DNA of 64,000 nt, taken from positions 577,268 to 641,267 of the forward strand of contig NZ_JASGKQ010000002.1 in NCBI RefSeq assembly GCF_047654785.1, read 5' to 3'. The translations under genes were made by a program, and so were the position numbers. The DNA comes from Roseateles sp. (GTDB lineage: Bacteria > Pseudomonadota > Gammaproteobacteria > Burkholderiales > Burkholderiaceae_C). Shown here piece after piece: positions 27,420-38,999 of this stretch (the stretch's first letter is position 1; every line of letters begins with the position of its first letter). A model generated the notes under the pieces. That model ran no database searches, was not told the DNA's origin, and was given only the letters and a program-made list of their open reading frames with translations.

Positions 27420-28469
27420 TCAGACCTCGAAAAATTCGCGGGCGGCGGCGATGGCGTGCTCGATGCCCGCCGCATCGACGCCCAGGTGCGTGACGAAGCG
27501 CAGCCCGATCAGGCCGGTGGCCAGCACGCCGCGCGAGCGCAGGTGCTCCAGCAGCGCCGGGCCGCGGTCGTCGGCCACCTGGGCGAAGACGATATTCGTC
27601 TGCGGTGGTGTGACCGTGACGCCGGGCAGCGCCGCGAGGCCCTCGGCCAGCCGCCGGGCCAGCGCATGGTCGTCGGCCAGGCGCTCGACGTGGTGGGTCA
27701 GCGCATGGTCGGCTGCGGCCGCCAGCAGGCCGGCCTGGCGCAGGCCGCCGCCCAGCATCTTGCGGGCGCGGTGGGCGCGGCGGATCAACTCGCGCGAGCC
27801 CGCCAGCATCGAGCCGACCGGCGCGCCCAGGCCTTTGCTGAAGCAGATCGACACCGAGTCGAAGTGCCGCGCCAGCTCGGCCACCGGGCGGCCCGAGGCG
27901 ACGGCGGCGTTGAAGAGCCGCGCGCCGTCCAGGTGCGTGGCGAGGCCGCGCGAGCGGGCCAGCTCGCAGGCCGCGTCCACGTAGCCGGCGGGCAGCACCT
28001 GGCCGTTCCAGGTGTTCTCCAGCGCCAGCAGCCGCGTGCGCGCGAAGTGCGCGTCATCGGGCTTGACGGCGGCGGCGATGTCGGCGAGCTTGATCGTGCC
28101 GTCGGGCTGGTTGTCCAGCGGCTGCGGCTGGATGCCGCCCAGCACCGCCGCGCCGCCGCCCTCGTAGCGGTAGGCGTGGGCGAGCTGGCCGACGATGTAC
28201 TCGTCGCCGCGCCCGCAATGGGCCAGCAGCGCGCACAGGTTGCTCTGCGTGCCGCTGCTCATGAACAGTGCGGCGTCCTTGCCGAGCAGCGCGGCGACGC
28301 GCTCCTGGAGCGCATTGACGGTCGGGTCGTCGCCGAACACGTCGTCGCCGACCTCGGCGCGGGCGATGGCTTCCCGCATCGCGGGCATCGGCCGGGTGAC
28401 GGTGTCGCTGCGCAGGTCGGCAATCACGTGGCCACTGCCGTCGCCCGAACCAGGCGCGTAATCGCTCAT
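27420..28469 (-). CDS. Low-specificity L-threonine aldolase-like PLP enzyme
   Basis: Start at MSDYAPGS overlaps the trpG stop (ATGA). [16 protein letters not shown] and [14 protein letters not shown] (PLP Lys) are present. Confidence 0.85.
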   Translation of the reverse strand: MSDYAPGSGDGSGHVIADLRSDTVTRPMPAMREAIARAEVGDDVFGDDPTVNALQERVAALLGKDAALFMSSGTQSNLCALLAHCGRGDEYIVGQLAHAYRYEGGGAAVLGGIQPQPLDNQPDGTIKLADIAAAVKPDDAHFARTRLLALENTWNGQVLPAGYVDAACELARSRGLATHLDGARLFNAAVASGRPVAELARHFDSVSICFSKGLGAPVGSMLAGSRELIRRAHRARKMLGGGLRQAGLLAAAADHALTHHVERLADDHALARRLAEGLAALPGVTVTPPQTNIVFAQVADDRGPALLEHLRSRGVLATGLIGLRFVTHLGVDAAGIEHAIAAAREFFEV

Positions 28470-29050
28470 GGCCGCAACTCCAGGAAGTTGCGCAGCATCG
28501 CGTGCCCGTGCTCGGACAGGATGGACTCGGGGTGGAACTGCACGCCCTCCATCGGCGTGGCCGTGCCGGCCAGCTCGCGGTGGCGCACGCCCATGATCTC
28601 GCCGTCGTCGCTGCGCGACGTGATCTCCAGCACGGCCGGGCAGCTCGCTTCCTTGATGACGAGCGAGTGGTAGCGGATGACGCTGAACTCGCGCGGCAGG
28701 CCGGTGTAGACGCCGCGCTGGTCGGTCGTGATCGTGCTGGCCTTGCCGTGCATCTGGCGTTGCGCGCGGACGATGGTGCCGCCCAGCGCCTGGCCCATCG
28801 CCTGGTGGCCCAGGCAGACGCCCAGCAGCGGCTTCCTGCCGAGGAAATGCCGGATGGCCTCCACGCAGACGCCCGCCTCGTTGGGCGTGCAGGGGCCGGG
28901 CGAGAAGACGATGTGGTCGGGATTCAGTGCGGCCATCTCGGCCACGGTGATCTCGTCGTTGCGCACGACCTTCACGTCCGCGCCCAGTTCGCTGAGGTAC
29001 TGGACGATGTTGAACGTGAAGCTGTCGTAGTTGTCGATCATCAGCAGCAT
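28466..29050 (-). CDS. trpG: Anthranilate synthase component II (glutamine amidotransferase)
   Basis: Start at [14 protein letters not shown]. Triad motifs GVCLGHQ and FHPES. Confidence 0.9.
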   Translation of the reverse strand: MLLMIDNYDSFTFNIVQYLSELGADVKVVRNDEITVAEMAALNPDHIVFSPGPCTPNEAGVCVEAIRHFLGRKPLLGVCLGHQAMGQALGGTIVRAQRQMHGKASTITTDQRGVYTGLPREFSVIRYHSLVIKEASCPAVLEITSRSDDGEIMGVRHRELAGTATPMEGVQFHPESILSEHGHAMLRNFLELRP

Positions 29051-29126
29051 TTGGCCTCCCGCCGGGCCGCCCCAAGGGAGGCCAGCCCCCGTGGGGGGCA
29101 GTGAACGAAGTGAACTTGGGGGCTCA

Positions 29127-30611
29127 TCAAAACCCCTCCTCGACCAGTTCCGCTGCGCGCAGCAGCGCGCGCGCCTTGGCCTCGGTTTCCTGCCACTCCA
29201 GTTCGGGCACCGAATCGGCCACGACGCCCGCTGCCGCCTGCACGTACAGCATGCCGTTCTTGACGATGCCGGTGCGGATCGCAATCGCCAGGTCCATGTC
29301 GCCGGCAAAGCTCAGGTAGCCGCAGGCGCCGCCGTAGATGCCGCGCTGCACGGGCTCCAGCTCGTCGATCAGCTCCATCGCGCGCACCTTGGGCGCGCCG
29401 GTCAGCGTGCCGGCGGGGAAGGTGGCCTTCAGCACGTCGAGCTGGCCCACGTCGTCGCGCAGCACGCCCTCGACGTTCGAGACGATGTGCATCACGTGCG
29501 AATAGCGCTCGATGGTGAACGCCTGCGTGACCTTGACGCTGCCGGTGCGCGCGATGCGGCCGATGTCGTTGCGCGCCAGGTCGATCAGCATCAGGTGCTC
29601 GGCGCGCTCCTTGGGGTCGGCCTGCAGCTCGGCCTCCAGCGCGAGGTCGCGCTCCACGGTCGCGCCGCGCGGCCGGGTGCCGGCCAGCGGCCGGATCGTG
29701 ACCTTGCGCGAGCCGTCGCCCGCGTGTTCCTCGCGCACCAGGATCTCGGGGCTGGCGCCGACGATCTGGAAGTCGCCCAGGTCGTAGAAGTACATGTAGG
29801 GGCTGGGGTTCAGCGCCCGCAGCGCGCGGTACAGCGCGATCGGCTCGGCCTTGTAGGGCTTGGCGATGCGCTGGCCCACCTGCACCTGCATCAGGTCGCC
29901 GGCGGCGATGTAGTCCTTGGCCTTCTGCACGGCGGCCAGGTAATCGGCCTTGGCGAAGCTGCGCTGCGCGGGGTGGGGCTCGCCCCGGGCCACGCGCGGC
30001 ACGCTGACCGAGTAGGCCAGCTTGTCGCGCAGCTGCGCGAGCCGCTTGGTGGCGCGGAAATAGGCCTCGGGCTGGCGCGGGTCCGCCCAGACGATCAGGT
30101 AGAGCCGGCCCGACAGGTTGTCGATGACGGCGACCTCCTCGCTCAGCAGCAGCACGATGTCCGGCGTGCCCAGGCCGCCGTCCTTTTGCGTGCCGGCCAG
30201 GCGCTTCTCGATGGCGCGGACCGCCTCGTAGCCGAAATAGCCGGCCAGGCCGCCGCAGAAGCGCGGCAGGCCGGCGGGGATCTTCGGCTTGATGCGCTCC
30301 TGGTAGGCGGCGATGAAGTCCAGCGGGTTGCCCTCGTGCGTCTCGACGACGGCGCCGTCGGTGACGACCTCGCAGCGCATGCCGGTGGCGCGGACCAGCG
30401 TGCGCGCCGGCAGGCCGATGAAGGAGTAGCGCCCGAAGCGCTCGCCGCCGACGACGGACTCCAGCAGGAAGCTGTTGCGGCTCTGGCCGGCGGCGCAGAG
30501 CTTGAGGTACAGGGACAGCGGGGTTTCGAGGTCCGCGAACGCCTCGCTGATGAGCGGGATGCGGTTGTAGCCCTCGGCGGCGAGGCTCTGGAATTCGAGT
30601 TCGGTGATCAC
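29127..30611 (-). CDS. trpE: Anthranilate synthase component I
   Basis: GTG start. Full-length TrpE pattern ([26 protein letters not shown]). Confidence 0.95.
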   Translation of the reverse strand: MITELEFQSLAAEGYNRIPLISEAFADLETPLSLYLKLCAAGQSRNSFLLESVVGGERFGRYSFIGLPARTLVRATGMRCEVVTDGAVVETHEGNPLDFIAAYQERIKPKIPAGLPRFCGGLAGYFGYEAVRAIEKRLAGTQKDGGLGTPDIVLLLSEEVAVIDNLSGRLYLIVWADPRQPEAYFRATKRLAQLRDKLAYSVSVPRVARGEPHPAQRSFAKADYLAAVQKAKDYIAAGDLMQVQVGQRIAKPYKAEPIALYRALRALNPSPYMYFYDLGDFQIVGASPEILVREEHAGDGSRKVTIRPLAGTRPRGATVERDLALEAELQADPKERAEHLMLIDLARNDIGRIARTGSVKVTQAFTIERYSHVMHIVSNVEGVLRDDVGQLDVLKATFPAGTLTGAPKVRAMELIDELEPVQRGIYGGACGYLSFAGDMDLAIAIRTGIVKNGMLYVQAAAGVVADSVPELEWQETEAKARALLRAAELVEEGF

Positions 30612-30871
30612 GTCAAACCTTGGAAGCGGGTCTTCAGGGCTTGGCGTGCAGCCCGGTCATGGGGACGGGCAACGCGGACGGGAGCGCGTCAGGGCGCGCC
30701 AAGCGGCATCAGTCGGCAGCGGACGGGCGACGCCAGGGCCAGGCTCCCCGGTCGCTCGACCCCGTGATGTGCTTGCGCGTGATGAACATGGTGGCGGCGA
30801 GTGTATTTCAAGGCGCGCCATACTTCGGCCCGCGAAGGCGCAGTTATCGCGCCGCGAACACGGAGACGGAC

Positions 30872-31468
30872 ATGCGCGCATTCATCGTCGCGGCCCTGGT
30901 GGCCGCAGCCGGCCTGGGCCCGGGGGCGGTCCGGGGGCAGCCGGTCGAAGTGGCGAACGTGAAGTACGAGCCGACGGCGGAGCTGGCGGGCCAGAAGCTG
31001 GTGCTCAACGGCGCCGGCGTGCGCTACAAGTTCGTCGTCAAGGTCTACACCGCCGGCCTGTACCTGGCCAGCCGGGCCGGCAGCACCGCCGAGGTGCTGG
31101 CCGCGCCCGGGCCGAAGCGCCTGCACATCCAGATGCTGCGCGAGGTGGACGGCAACGAGTTCGGCAAGCTGTTCACCAAGGGCATGGAGGCCAACGCGCC
31201 GCGCGAGGAGTTCGTCAAGTCCATCAACGGCGTGCTCAGGCTCAGCGAGATCTTCGCCAGCCGCAAGTCGCTGGTGGCGGGCGACAACTTCTCGGTGGAC
31301 TACATCCCCGGCGCCGGCTCCGCGATCAGCCTGAACGGCAAGTCGCTGCTGGCCGAGCCGATCAAGGAGCCCGAGTTCTTCTCGGCGCTGCTGCGCATCT
31401 GGCTGGGCGACAAGCCGGCCGACGACGGCCTGAAGGACGCGCTGCTGGGCGGCCGGCGCAAGCGCTGA
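30872..31468 (+). CDS. Periplasmic chalcone-isomerase-like family protein
   Basis: Start at MRAFIVAALVAAAG (signal peptide). LNGAGVRYKFVVKVYTAGLYL is typical of the bacterial chalcone isomerase-like fold family. Confidence 0.65.
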   Translation: MRAFIVAALVAAAGLGPGAVRGQPVEVANVKYEPTAELAGQKLVLNGAGVRYKFVVKVYTAGLYLASRAGSTAEVLAAPGPKRLHIQMLREVDGNEFGKLFTKGMEANAPREEFVKSINGVLRLSEIFASRKSLVAGDNFSVDYIPGAGSAISLNGKSLLAEPIKEPEFFSALLRIWLGDKPADDGLKDALLGGRRKR

Positions 31469-31476
31469 CGCGGCGC

Positions 31477-32145
31477 TCAGAGCAGCGCCGGCAGGCCCTG
31501 GTCCAGGCGGTCCAGGTGCCGCAGCGCCGGCACGGCGAGGATGTCCTCGCCATGGTTGTAGCCATAGGTCACCAGCACCAGCGGGCAGCCGGCCGCGTGC
31601 GCGGCCTCGGCGTCGTTGCGCGAGTCGCCCACCATCCAGGTCCGTGCGGGCGGCGTGCCCAGGGCTTCGCAGGTCTTCAGCAGCGGCAGCGGGTCGGGCT
31701 TCTTGCGCGGGAAGCTGTCGCCGCCGAACACGTGGGCGAAATAGCCGTCCAGGCCGGTGCGCTTCAGCAGCTCGGCGGCCGGCGCGGCCGGCTTGTTGGT
31801 CAGCACGGCCAGCGGCAGGCCGTGCGCGCGCAGCCGGTCCAGCGCCGCGACGACGCCCGGGTACACCGCCGCGTGCGCGCCGTTCACGGCGGCGTAGTGC
31901 CGCTGGTACAGCGCCCAGGCGCGGTCGAACAGCGCCGCGTCGCCGCCGGCCTCGGCCAGCGTCGCGCGTACCAGGTGCTCGCCGCCGCGGCCGATGGTGT
32001 GCGCGACGAACTCGCGGCTCACGGCCGGCAGGCCGAGGTCGGCCAGCGTGAGGCCGAGCGCCGCGACGAAATCGCCCAGCGTGTCGACGAGCGTGCCGTC
32101 GAGGTCGAGGATGCAGGCCAGCGGCGGGGGTGGGAGGTGGGGCAT
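31477..32145 (-). CDS. gph: Phosphoglycolate phosphatase (HAD superfamily)
   Basis: DLDGTLVDT motif I, LTNK, GDSRNDAEAA. Located upstream of trpE, as is common in betaproteobacteria. Confidence 0.85.
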   Translation of the reverse strand: MPHLPPPPLACILDLDGTLVDTLGDFVAALGLTLADLGLPAVSREFVAHTIGRGGEHLVRATLAEAGGDAALFDRAWALYQRHYAAVNGAHAAVYPGVVAALDRLRAHGLPLAVLTNKPAAPAAELLKRTGLDGYFAHVFGGDSFPRKKPDPLPLLKTCEALGTPPARTWMVGDSRNDAEAAHAAGCPLVLVTYGYNHGEDILAVPALRHLDRLDQGLPALL

Positions 32146-32199
32146 GGGCGGCGTTCGGGGCGTGGACGGGGCTGCGCATTCTGGCCGCGGCCGGGCGGC

Positions 32200-32215
32200 T
32201 TCCTAGAATCGCGCG
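32200..32215 (+). promoter_or_regulatory. TTCCTAGAATCGCGCG motif abutting the psuK-like ATG
   Basis: The TAGAAT hexamer (32204-32209) lies 6 nt before ATG 32216, and no SD is present. Confidence 0.4.
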
Positions 32216-33120
32216 ATGCACACCCCCGCCGCCCCCGTCGTCTGCATCGGCGGCTTCAACATCGACCGCAAGCTGCGGCTGCTGGCGCGCGTGCTGCCCG
32301 GCTCGTCCAACCCCTGCGAGGCGCATGAGACGCCCGGCGGCGTGGTGCGCAACGTGGCCGAGAACCTGGCCCGGCTGGGCCTGCCCGTGGCGCTGATCGC
32401 GGCCGTGGGCGACGACGCGGGCGGGCAGCTGCTGCTGGAGCGGGCCGTGCAGGTGGGCCTGGACACGCGCGCCGTCATCCGGCTGCGCCGCCACGTCAGC
32501 GACAGCTACACCGCCGTGCTGGCGCCCGACGGCAGCCTGCACCTGAGCCTGGCGTCGATGCCGCTGGTGGAGCAGCTCAACCCCTGGGCGCTGGCGGCCA
32601 GCAAGGCCTTGCGCGCCGGCGCGGCGCTGGTGGTGGCCGACGGCAACCTGCCCACCGACACCTGGCAGCTGCTGCTGGACGAGGCGCGTGCCGGCGGCGC
32701 GCCGCTGGTGGGCGTGGCGGTGTCCGAGGCCAAGATGGAGCGCCTGCCCGAGCGGCTGGACGGCCTGCACCTGCTGCTGCTGAACGCGGCCGAGCTGGCC
32801 ACCGTCGCCGCGGACCCGGACGCCGCGCTGGCGGCGCTGCATGCGCGCGGCGTGCGCTGCGTGCTGGTGTCGCTGGGCGATGCCGGCCTGCTGCTCAGCG
32901 TGCCCGGCCGGGCGCAGCGCCGCTGGCCGGCGCCGCCGGTCGAGGTGGTGGACGTGACCGGCGCGGGCGATGCGCTGGCGGCCGGCGTGTGCGCCGCGCT
33001 GCTGCGCGCGCCGGACGACTTCGACACCGCCGCCCGCCTGGGCCTGGCCCTCGCCGCGCTGACGCTGCAGACCGAGGACAGCGTGTCCCCCGACCTGAAC
33101 CCCAGTTTCCTGGACGACCG

Positions 33121-33124
<4 letters not shown>
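32216..33124 (+). CDS. PfkB-family carbohydrate kinase, pseudouridine kinase-like
   Basis: PfkB motifs (GGVVRNVAENLARLG, DVTGAGDALAAG). Its stop overlaps the psuG start (ATGA). Confidence 0.8.
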
Positions 33125-34029
<905 letters not shown>

Positions 34030-34105
34030 CGGCAAAAAGCACGCGCGCAGCAACCTGCGAGCAAAACGCGCCGGCTAAGCTGGCGCGCCTTCCCGGCCCC
34101 TTCCC

Positions 34106-35347
34106 ATGACTTCCGACCCCTGGCAGGTCCGCCCCATGCGCCCGACCCCTTCCCTGATCTCCGCCGGCCTGCTGCTGGCCGCCCTGGCGCTGAGCGGCTG
34201 CGGCCGCCAGGCCGACGGCGCGCCCGCCGCTGCCGGCGCCCCGGCCGGTGCGGCCAGCGCGCCGCCGCCGCAGAACGTGAGCGTGGTGCGGGTGGCGCAG
34301 GCGGACGTGCCCGTCACCGTCGAGGCCAGCGGCACCGTCACCGCGCTGCAGAGCGTGGACCTGCGCGCGCAGACCACCAGCACGGTCGCGCAGGTGTTCG
34401 TCAAGGACGGGCAGGACGTGAAGAAGGGCGAGCTGCTGTTCCGCTTCGACGGCCGCGCCGACCAGGCCGCCGTGGAGCGCGCCCGGGCCCAGCTGGCGCG
34501 CGACCGCGCCGCGCTGCAGGACCTGGAGCGCCAGTTCCTGCGCGCGCAGGAGCTGCAGGCGCAGGGCTTCATCGCGCAGAGCGCGGTGGACACGGCGCAG
34601 GCCGGCCTGGATTCCGGCCGGGCGCTGGTGAGGAGCGACGAGGCGGCCGTGCAGGCGGCGCAGGTCACGGCCGGCTACAACGAGCTGCGCGCGCCGATCA
34701 GCGGCCGGGCGGGCATCGTCAGCGTGTTCCCGGGCAGCCTGGTGCAGGCGAGCGCGACCGCGGCGCCGCTGGTCAACATCGCGCAGCTGGACCCGATCGC
34801 CGTCAGCTTCACCGTGCCCGAGACGCAGCTGGACGCGCTGCTCGCCGCCACGCGCGGCGGCGCGCTGGCCGTGGAGGCCCTGATGCCCGGCGGGGCGCCG
34901 GCGGTGAAGGGCCGCGTCACGGCGGTGGACAACCTCGTGGACGCCAGCACCGGCACGATCAAGGTCAAGGCCGAGTTCGACAACCGGGCGCAGGCGCTGT
35001 GGCCGGGCCAGTACCTGCGCGTGCGCGTCACGCTGCGCACGCTGCAGGGGGTGACGGTGCTGCCGCAGGCCGCCATCATCATGCGCGGCAATGAGCGCTC
35101 GGTGTACGTCGTCGCGCCCGACGGCACGGCCAGGCTGGTGCCGGTGCGGGTGCGCCAGGCCATCGGCGAGCAGGCCATCGTCGAGGGCCTGGACGCGACG
35201 GCGCAGGTCGTCATGGACGGCAAGCAGAACCTGCGGCCGGGCACGCCGCTGCGCATTCAGGCCGGCCAGCCCGGTGGCGGCGCGGGCGGCCCGGGCGGTT
35301 CAGGCGGCTCGGGCGCCGCGTCGGCCACGTCGGGCAGCGGCACATGA
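34106..35347 (+). CDS. RND efflux periplasmic adaptor (membrane fusion protein)
   Basis: Lipobox LALSGC. Coiled-coil and barrel pattern. A more likely start may be ATG 34136 (MRPTPSLISAG). Confidence 0.85.
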   Translation: MTSDPWQVRPMRPTPSLISAGLLLAALALSGCGRQADGAPAAAGAPAGAASAPPPQNVSVVRVAQADVPVTVEASGTVTALQSVDLRAQTTSTVAQVFVKDGQDVKKGELLFRFDGRADQAAVERARAQLARDRAALQDLERQFLRAQELQAQGFIAQSAVDTAQAGLDSGRALVRSDEAAVQAAQVTAGYNELRAPISGRAGIVSVFPGSLVQASATAAPLVNIAQLDPIAVSFTVPETQLDALLAATRGGALAVEALMPGGAPAVKGRVTAVDNLVDASTGTIKVKAEFDNRAQALWPGQYLRVRVTLRTLQGVTVLPQAAIIMRGNERSVYVVAPDGTARLVPVRVRQAIGEQAIVEGLDATAQVVMDGKQNLRPGTPLRIQAGQPGGGAGGPGGSGGSGAASATSGSGT

Positions 35348-38300
35348 GGTTGACGGAGGCCTTCATCCGGCGGCCGGTCATGACCGTGCTGCTGAACCTG
35401 TCGCTGGTCATCGCCGGCCTGGCCGCGTGGAGCCGTATCCCGGTGGCCGCGCTGCCGTCCTACAACACGCCGGTCATCAACGTCGGCGCCTCGCTGCCGG
35501 GCGCGTCGCCGGAGACCATGGCCTCGTCCGTCGCGCTGCCGCTGGAGAAGCAGTTCTCCACCATCGCCGGCCTGCAGACCATCTCGTCCACGAACACGCT
35601 GGGCAACACCTCGCTGACGCTGGAGTTCGACCCGTCGCGCAACATCGACGACGCGGCCGTGGACGTGCAGGCGGCGCTGTTCCGCAGCTTGCGCGCGCTG
35701 CCGGCCGAGATGACCTCGCCGCCGAGCTACCGCAAGGTCAACCCGGCCGATGCGCCGGTGCTGCTGGTGGCGCTGACCTCGCCGTCCATCGACCTGACCG
35801 AGCTGAACGACTACGCGGAGAACCTGCTGTCGCCGGGGCTGTCCACGGTGGACGGCGTGGCCCAGGTGTCCATCTACGGGCAGAAGCGCTACGCGGTGCG
35901 CATCAAGGTGCGCACCGACCTGCTGAACCAGCGCAACATCACGCTGGAAGAGCTGCAGACGGCGGTGCGCGCGGCCAACGCCAACACGCCGGTGGGCGTG
36001 CTGGACGGCTCGCGCCAGACGCTGACCATCCAGGCCAACCGCCAGCTGCGCAACGCCGCCGAGTTCGGCCGCACGGTGGTGGCCTCGCGCAACGGCGCGC
36101 CCGTCTACCTGCGCGACGTGGCCGACGTGCAGGACAGCGTGGAGACCAGCAAGACCTACTCCACCTACCAGGGCGAGCGCTCCATCGTGCTGGCCATCCA
36201 GCGCCAGCCCGACGCGAACACGGTGCAGGTGGTGGACAAGGTCAAGGCGCTGCTGCCGCGCTATGCGCAGCAGATGCCGGCGTCCATCAAGATGTCGACG
36301 CTGAACGACCGCTCGCTGTCCATCCGCGAGTCGCTGCACGACGTCTACCTGACGCTGGCGCTGACCGTGGGCCTGGTGGTGCTGGTGATCTTCATCTTCC
36401 TGCGCCGCGCGGTGGCCACGCTGATCCCGGCGGCCTCGCTGCCGATCTCGCTGATCGGCGCGCTGACGCTGCTGTTCGCGCTCGGCTATTCGCTGGACAA
36501 CATCTCGCTGCTGGGCATCACGCTGGCCGTCGGCCTGGTCGTGGACGACGCCATCGTCATGCTGGAGAACATCGTCCGCCACGTCGAGGACGGCATGAAG
36601 CCCTTCGACGCCGCCGTGCGCGGCGCGCGCGAGATGGCCTTCACCATCCTGTCGATCTCGGTGTCGCTGGTGGCGGTGCTGATCCCGATCTTCTTCATGC
36701 CGGGCGTCATCGGCCTGCTGTTCCACGAGTTCGCGGTGGTGGTGGGGCTGGCCATCCTGGTCTCGGCCGTCGTGTCGCTGACGCTGGTGCCGATGCTGTG
36801 CAGCCGGCTGCTGAAGGCCGGCGAGCACCACGAGGACGGCGCGCTGGGCCGGCTGTTCGAGCGCGGCTTCGCGGCCACGCTCGGCTTTTACACGCGCACG
36901 CTGGACCTGGCGCTGCGCCGCCGCGCCTGGGTGCTGGGCGTCGCGGTGCTGAGCTTCGTCGCCACCGTGTGGTTCTACGCCACCATCCCCAAGGGTTTCT
37001 TCCCCGAGGAGGACATCGGCCAGATCCAGGCCAGCACCGAGGCCGCCGAGGACACCTCGTTCGCCGCGATGACCGTGCTGCAGGAGCGCGTGGCGGCCAT
37101 CGTGCGCAATGACCCCAACGTCGCCGCGCTCAGCTCCGCCGTGGGCGGCGGCCCGTCGGGCAGCGCCAGCAACACCGGCCGCATGTTCATCAACCTCAAG
37201 CCCCGCGGCGACCGCCAGGCCATGCCGCAGGTGCTGGAGGACCTGCGCAAGAAGCTGCGTGCGGTGCCGGGCATCCAGGTCTACCTGCGCCCGGTGCAGA
37301 ACCTGCAGCTGGGCGGCCGCCAGAGCAAGAGCCGCTACCAGTACACGCTGCAGGCCGTGTCGGCCGGCGAGCTGGGCACCTGGGCCACGCGGCTGCAGGA
37401 GAAGCTGCGCGGCGACGCGCGCTTCCGCGACATCACCAGCGACTCGCAGATGCGCGGCCTGCAGGCCAGCCTCGTCATCGACCGCGAGCGCGCCGCGCTG
37501 CTGGGCGTGGACATGCAGGACCTGCGCAACGCGCTGTACGGCGCGTTCGGCGAGCGCCAGGTGTCCAGCATCTATGCCGAGAGCAACACCTACCAGGTCA
37601 TCATGGAGGCGGGCGACGCCGACCGCAGCAGCGAGGCCGCGTTCGACAAGATCTACCTGCGCGGCAGCGGCGGCGCCCAGGTGCCGCTGACCGCCTTCGC
37701 CACCGTGCAGCGCACGCTGGGGCCGACGGCGGTCAACCACCAGGGCCAGCTGCAGGCCGTCACGATCAGCTTCAACCTGGCGCCGAACGTGCCGCTGGGC
37801 GACGCGACGAAGCAGATCGCCGCGTTCACGCAGGAGATCAAGCTGCCGGCCAACATCATCACCAGCTATGGCGGCGACGCGGCCGTGTTCCAGGACTCGC
37901 AGGGCGGCCAGCTGCTGCTGATCGGCCTGGCGGTGGCGGTGATCTACGTGCTGCTGGGCGTGCTGTACGAGAGCTACATCCACCCGCTGACGATCCTGGC
38001 CGGCCTGCCGTCCGCGGCGGCCGGCGCGCTGCTGACGCTGCAGCTGTTCGGCATGGAGCTGACCATCATCGCCACCATCGGCATCGTCATGCTGATCGGC
38101 ATCGTCAAGAAGAACGCGATCATGATGATCGACTTCGCGCTGGACGCGCAGCGCCACCAGGGCATGGCGCCGGCCCAGGCCATCCGCGAGGCCTGCATCC
38201 TGCGCTTCCGCCCGATCATGATGACCACGCTGGCCGCGCTGATGGGCGCGCTGCCCATCGCGCTGGGCCTGGGCGCCGGCGCCGAGCTGCGCCAGCCGCT

Positions 38301-38445
38301 GGGCCTGGCGGTGGTGGGCGGGCTGATCCTGTCGCAGGCGGTGACGCTCTACATCACGCCGGTCATCTACCTGGCGCTGGACCGCTTCAGCGGCTCGGGG
38401 CCGGACACGCGCGAGGTGGCCGAGTTCGCCAGCAAGGCGGCGTGA
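35344..38445 (+). CDS. RND family efflux transporter permease (AcrB/MdtB-like)
   Basis: 1033 aa with 12-TM RND architecture. MRLTEAFIRRPVMT N-terminus. ATGA overlap with the adaptor gene. Confidence 0.95.
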   Translation: MRLTEAFIRRPVMTVLLNLSLVIAGLAAWSRIPVAALPSYNTPVINVGASLPGASPETMASSVALPLEKQFSTIAGLQTISSTNTLGNTSLTLEFDPSRNIDDAAVDVQAALFRSLRALPAEMTSPPSYRKVNPADAPVLLVALTSPSIDLTELNDYAENLLSPGLSTVDGVAQVSIYGQKRYAVRIKVRTDLLNQRNITLEELQTAVRAANANTPVGVLDGSRQTLTIQANRQLRNAAEFGRTVVASRNGAPVYLRDVADVQDSVETSKTYSTYQGERSIVLAIQRQPDANTVQVVDKVKALLPRYAQQMPASIKMSTLNDRSLSIRESLHDVYLTLALTVGLVVLVIFIFLRRAVATLIPAASLPISLIGALTLLFALGYSLDNISLLGITLAVGLVVDDAIVMLENIVRHVEDGMKPFDAAVRGAREMAFTILSISVSLVAVLIPIFFMPGVIGLLFHEFAVVVGLAILVSAVVSLTLVPMLCSRLLKAGEHHEDGALGRLFERGFAATLGFYTRTLDLALRRRAWVLGVAVLSFVATVWFYATIPKGFFPEEDIGQIQASTEAAEDTSFAAMTVLQERVAAIVRNDPNVAALSSAVGGGPSGSASNTGRMFINLKPRGDRQAMPQVLEDLRKKLRAVPGIQVYLRPVQNLQLGGRQSKSRYQYTLQAVSAGELGTWATRLQEKLRGDARFRDITSDSQMRGLQASLVIDRERAALLGVDMQDLRNALYGAFGERQVSSIYAESNTYQVIMEAGDADRSSEAAFDKIYLRGSGGAQVPLTAFATVQRTLGPTAVNHQGQLQAVTISFNLAPNVPLGDATKQIAAFTQEIKLPANIITSYGGDAAVFQDSQGGQLLLIGLAVAVIYVLLGVLYESYIHPLTILAGLPSAAAGALLTLQLFGMELTIIATIGIVMLIGIVKKNAIMMIDFALDAQRHQGMAPAQAIREACILRFRPIMMTTLAALMGALPIALGLGAGAELRQPLGLAVVGGLILSQAVTLYITPVIYLALDRFSGSGPDTREVAEFASKAA

Positions 38446-38454
38446 GCGCGCCGG

Positions 38455-38928
38455 TCAGCTGAACTTGAGCCGGCCCTCGCGGGCCGCCCGCTGGAGGCTG
38501 CCGGCCGCCCGCTCGATCATGCCGATCACGGCGTCGAAGCCCGCGGCGGGGCCGAAGTAGGGGTCGGGCACATCCTGCCCGGCCAGCTCGGGCACGAAGT
38601 CGGTCAGCAGCAGGATGCGCGCGTGGTGCTCGGGCGCGGCCTTCCGGCGCAGCGCGTCGACGTGCTCGGCCTCCATCACTAGCACGAGGTCGAAGCGGCC
38701 GAGCTCGTCGATGTCCACGCGGCGCGAGCGCCACTTGCGGTCCAGGCCGTAGTGGCGGCGGGCCAGCGCCGCGGCGGCGCGCGCATCCACCGGGCCGCCG
38801 CGCGGGTCGGCGTGGATACCGGCCGAGGCGATGGTCTGGAACACCTCGCCCAGCCGCGCCTTGAACACGGCCTCGGCCATCGGCGAGCGGCAGATGTTGG
38901 CGGTGCAGACGAGCAGGACGGCGGCCAT
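38455..38928 (-). CDS. Low-molecular-weight protein tyrosine phosphatase
   Basis: CTANICRSP (CX5R) P-loop at the N-terminus and a DPY motif. Confidence 0.85.
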   Translation of the reverse strand: MAAVLLVCTANICRSPMAEAVFKARLGEVFQTIASAGIHADPRGGPVDARAAAALARRHYGLDRKWRSRRVDIDELGRFDLVLVMEAEHVDALRRKAAPEHHARILLLTDFVPELAGQDVPDPYFGPAAGFDAVIGMIERAAGSLQRAAREGRLKFS

Positions 38929-38999
38929 GTCAGCGCCGCCCGGCCGCCCGCAGGCGCAGCGAATGAAGTGGGCGTGTCGGCATCGCGGTCTTCAAGCCC

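Noticed and set aside
30709-30789. 26-codon mini-ORF upstream of trpE (MFITRKHITGSSDRGAWPWRRPSAAD) containing Trp-Pro-Trp, considered as a trp attenuation leader peptide.
   Set aside because: It has no SD. I found no GC hairpin followed by a U-run, and no alternative antiterminator pairing, between it and trpE. Two Trp codons alone are weak evidence.
35257-38157. 966-aa minus-strand ORF antisense to the RND transporter. Similar shadows occur at 49611-53780, 26658-28673, 29031-30767, 60958-63525 (upstream part) and elsewhere.
   Set aside because: They have no domain signatures and low-complexity Arg/Gly/Ala/Gln composition. Each overlaps a confidently identified gene on the other strand or in another frame.
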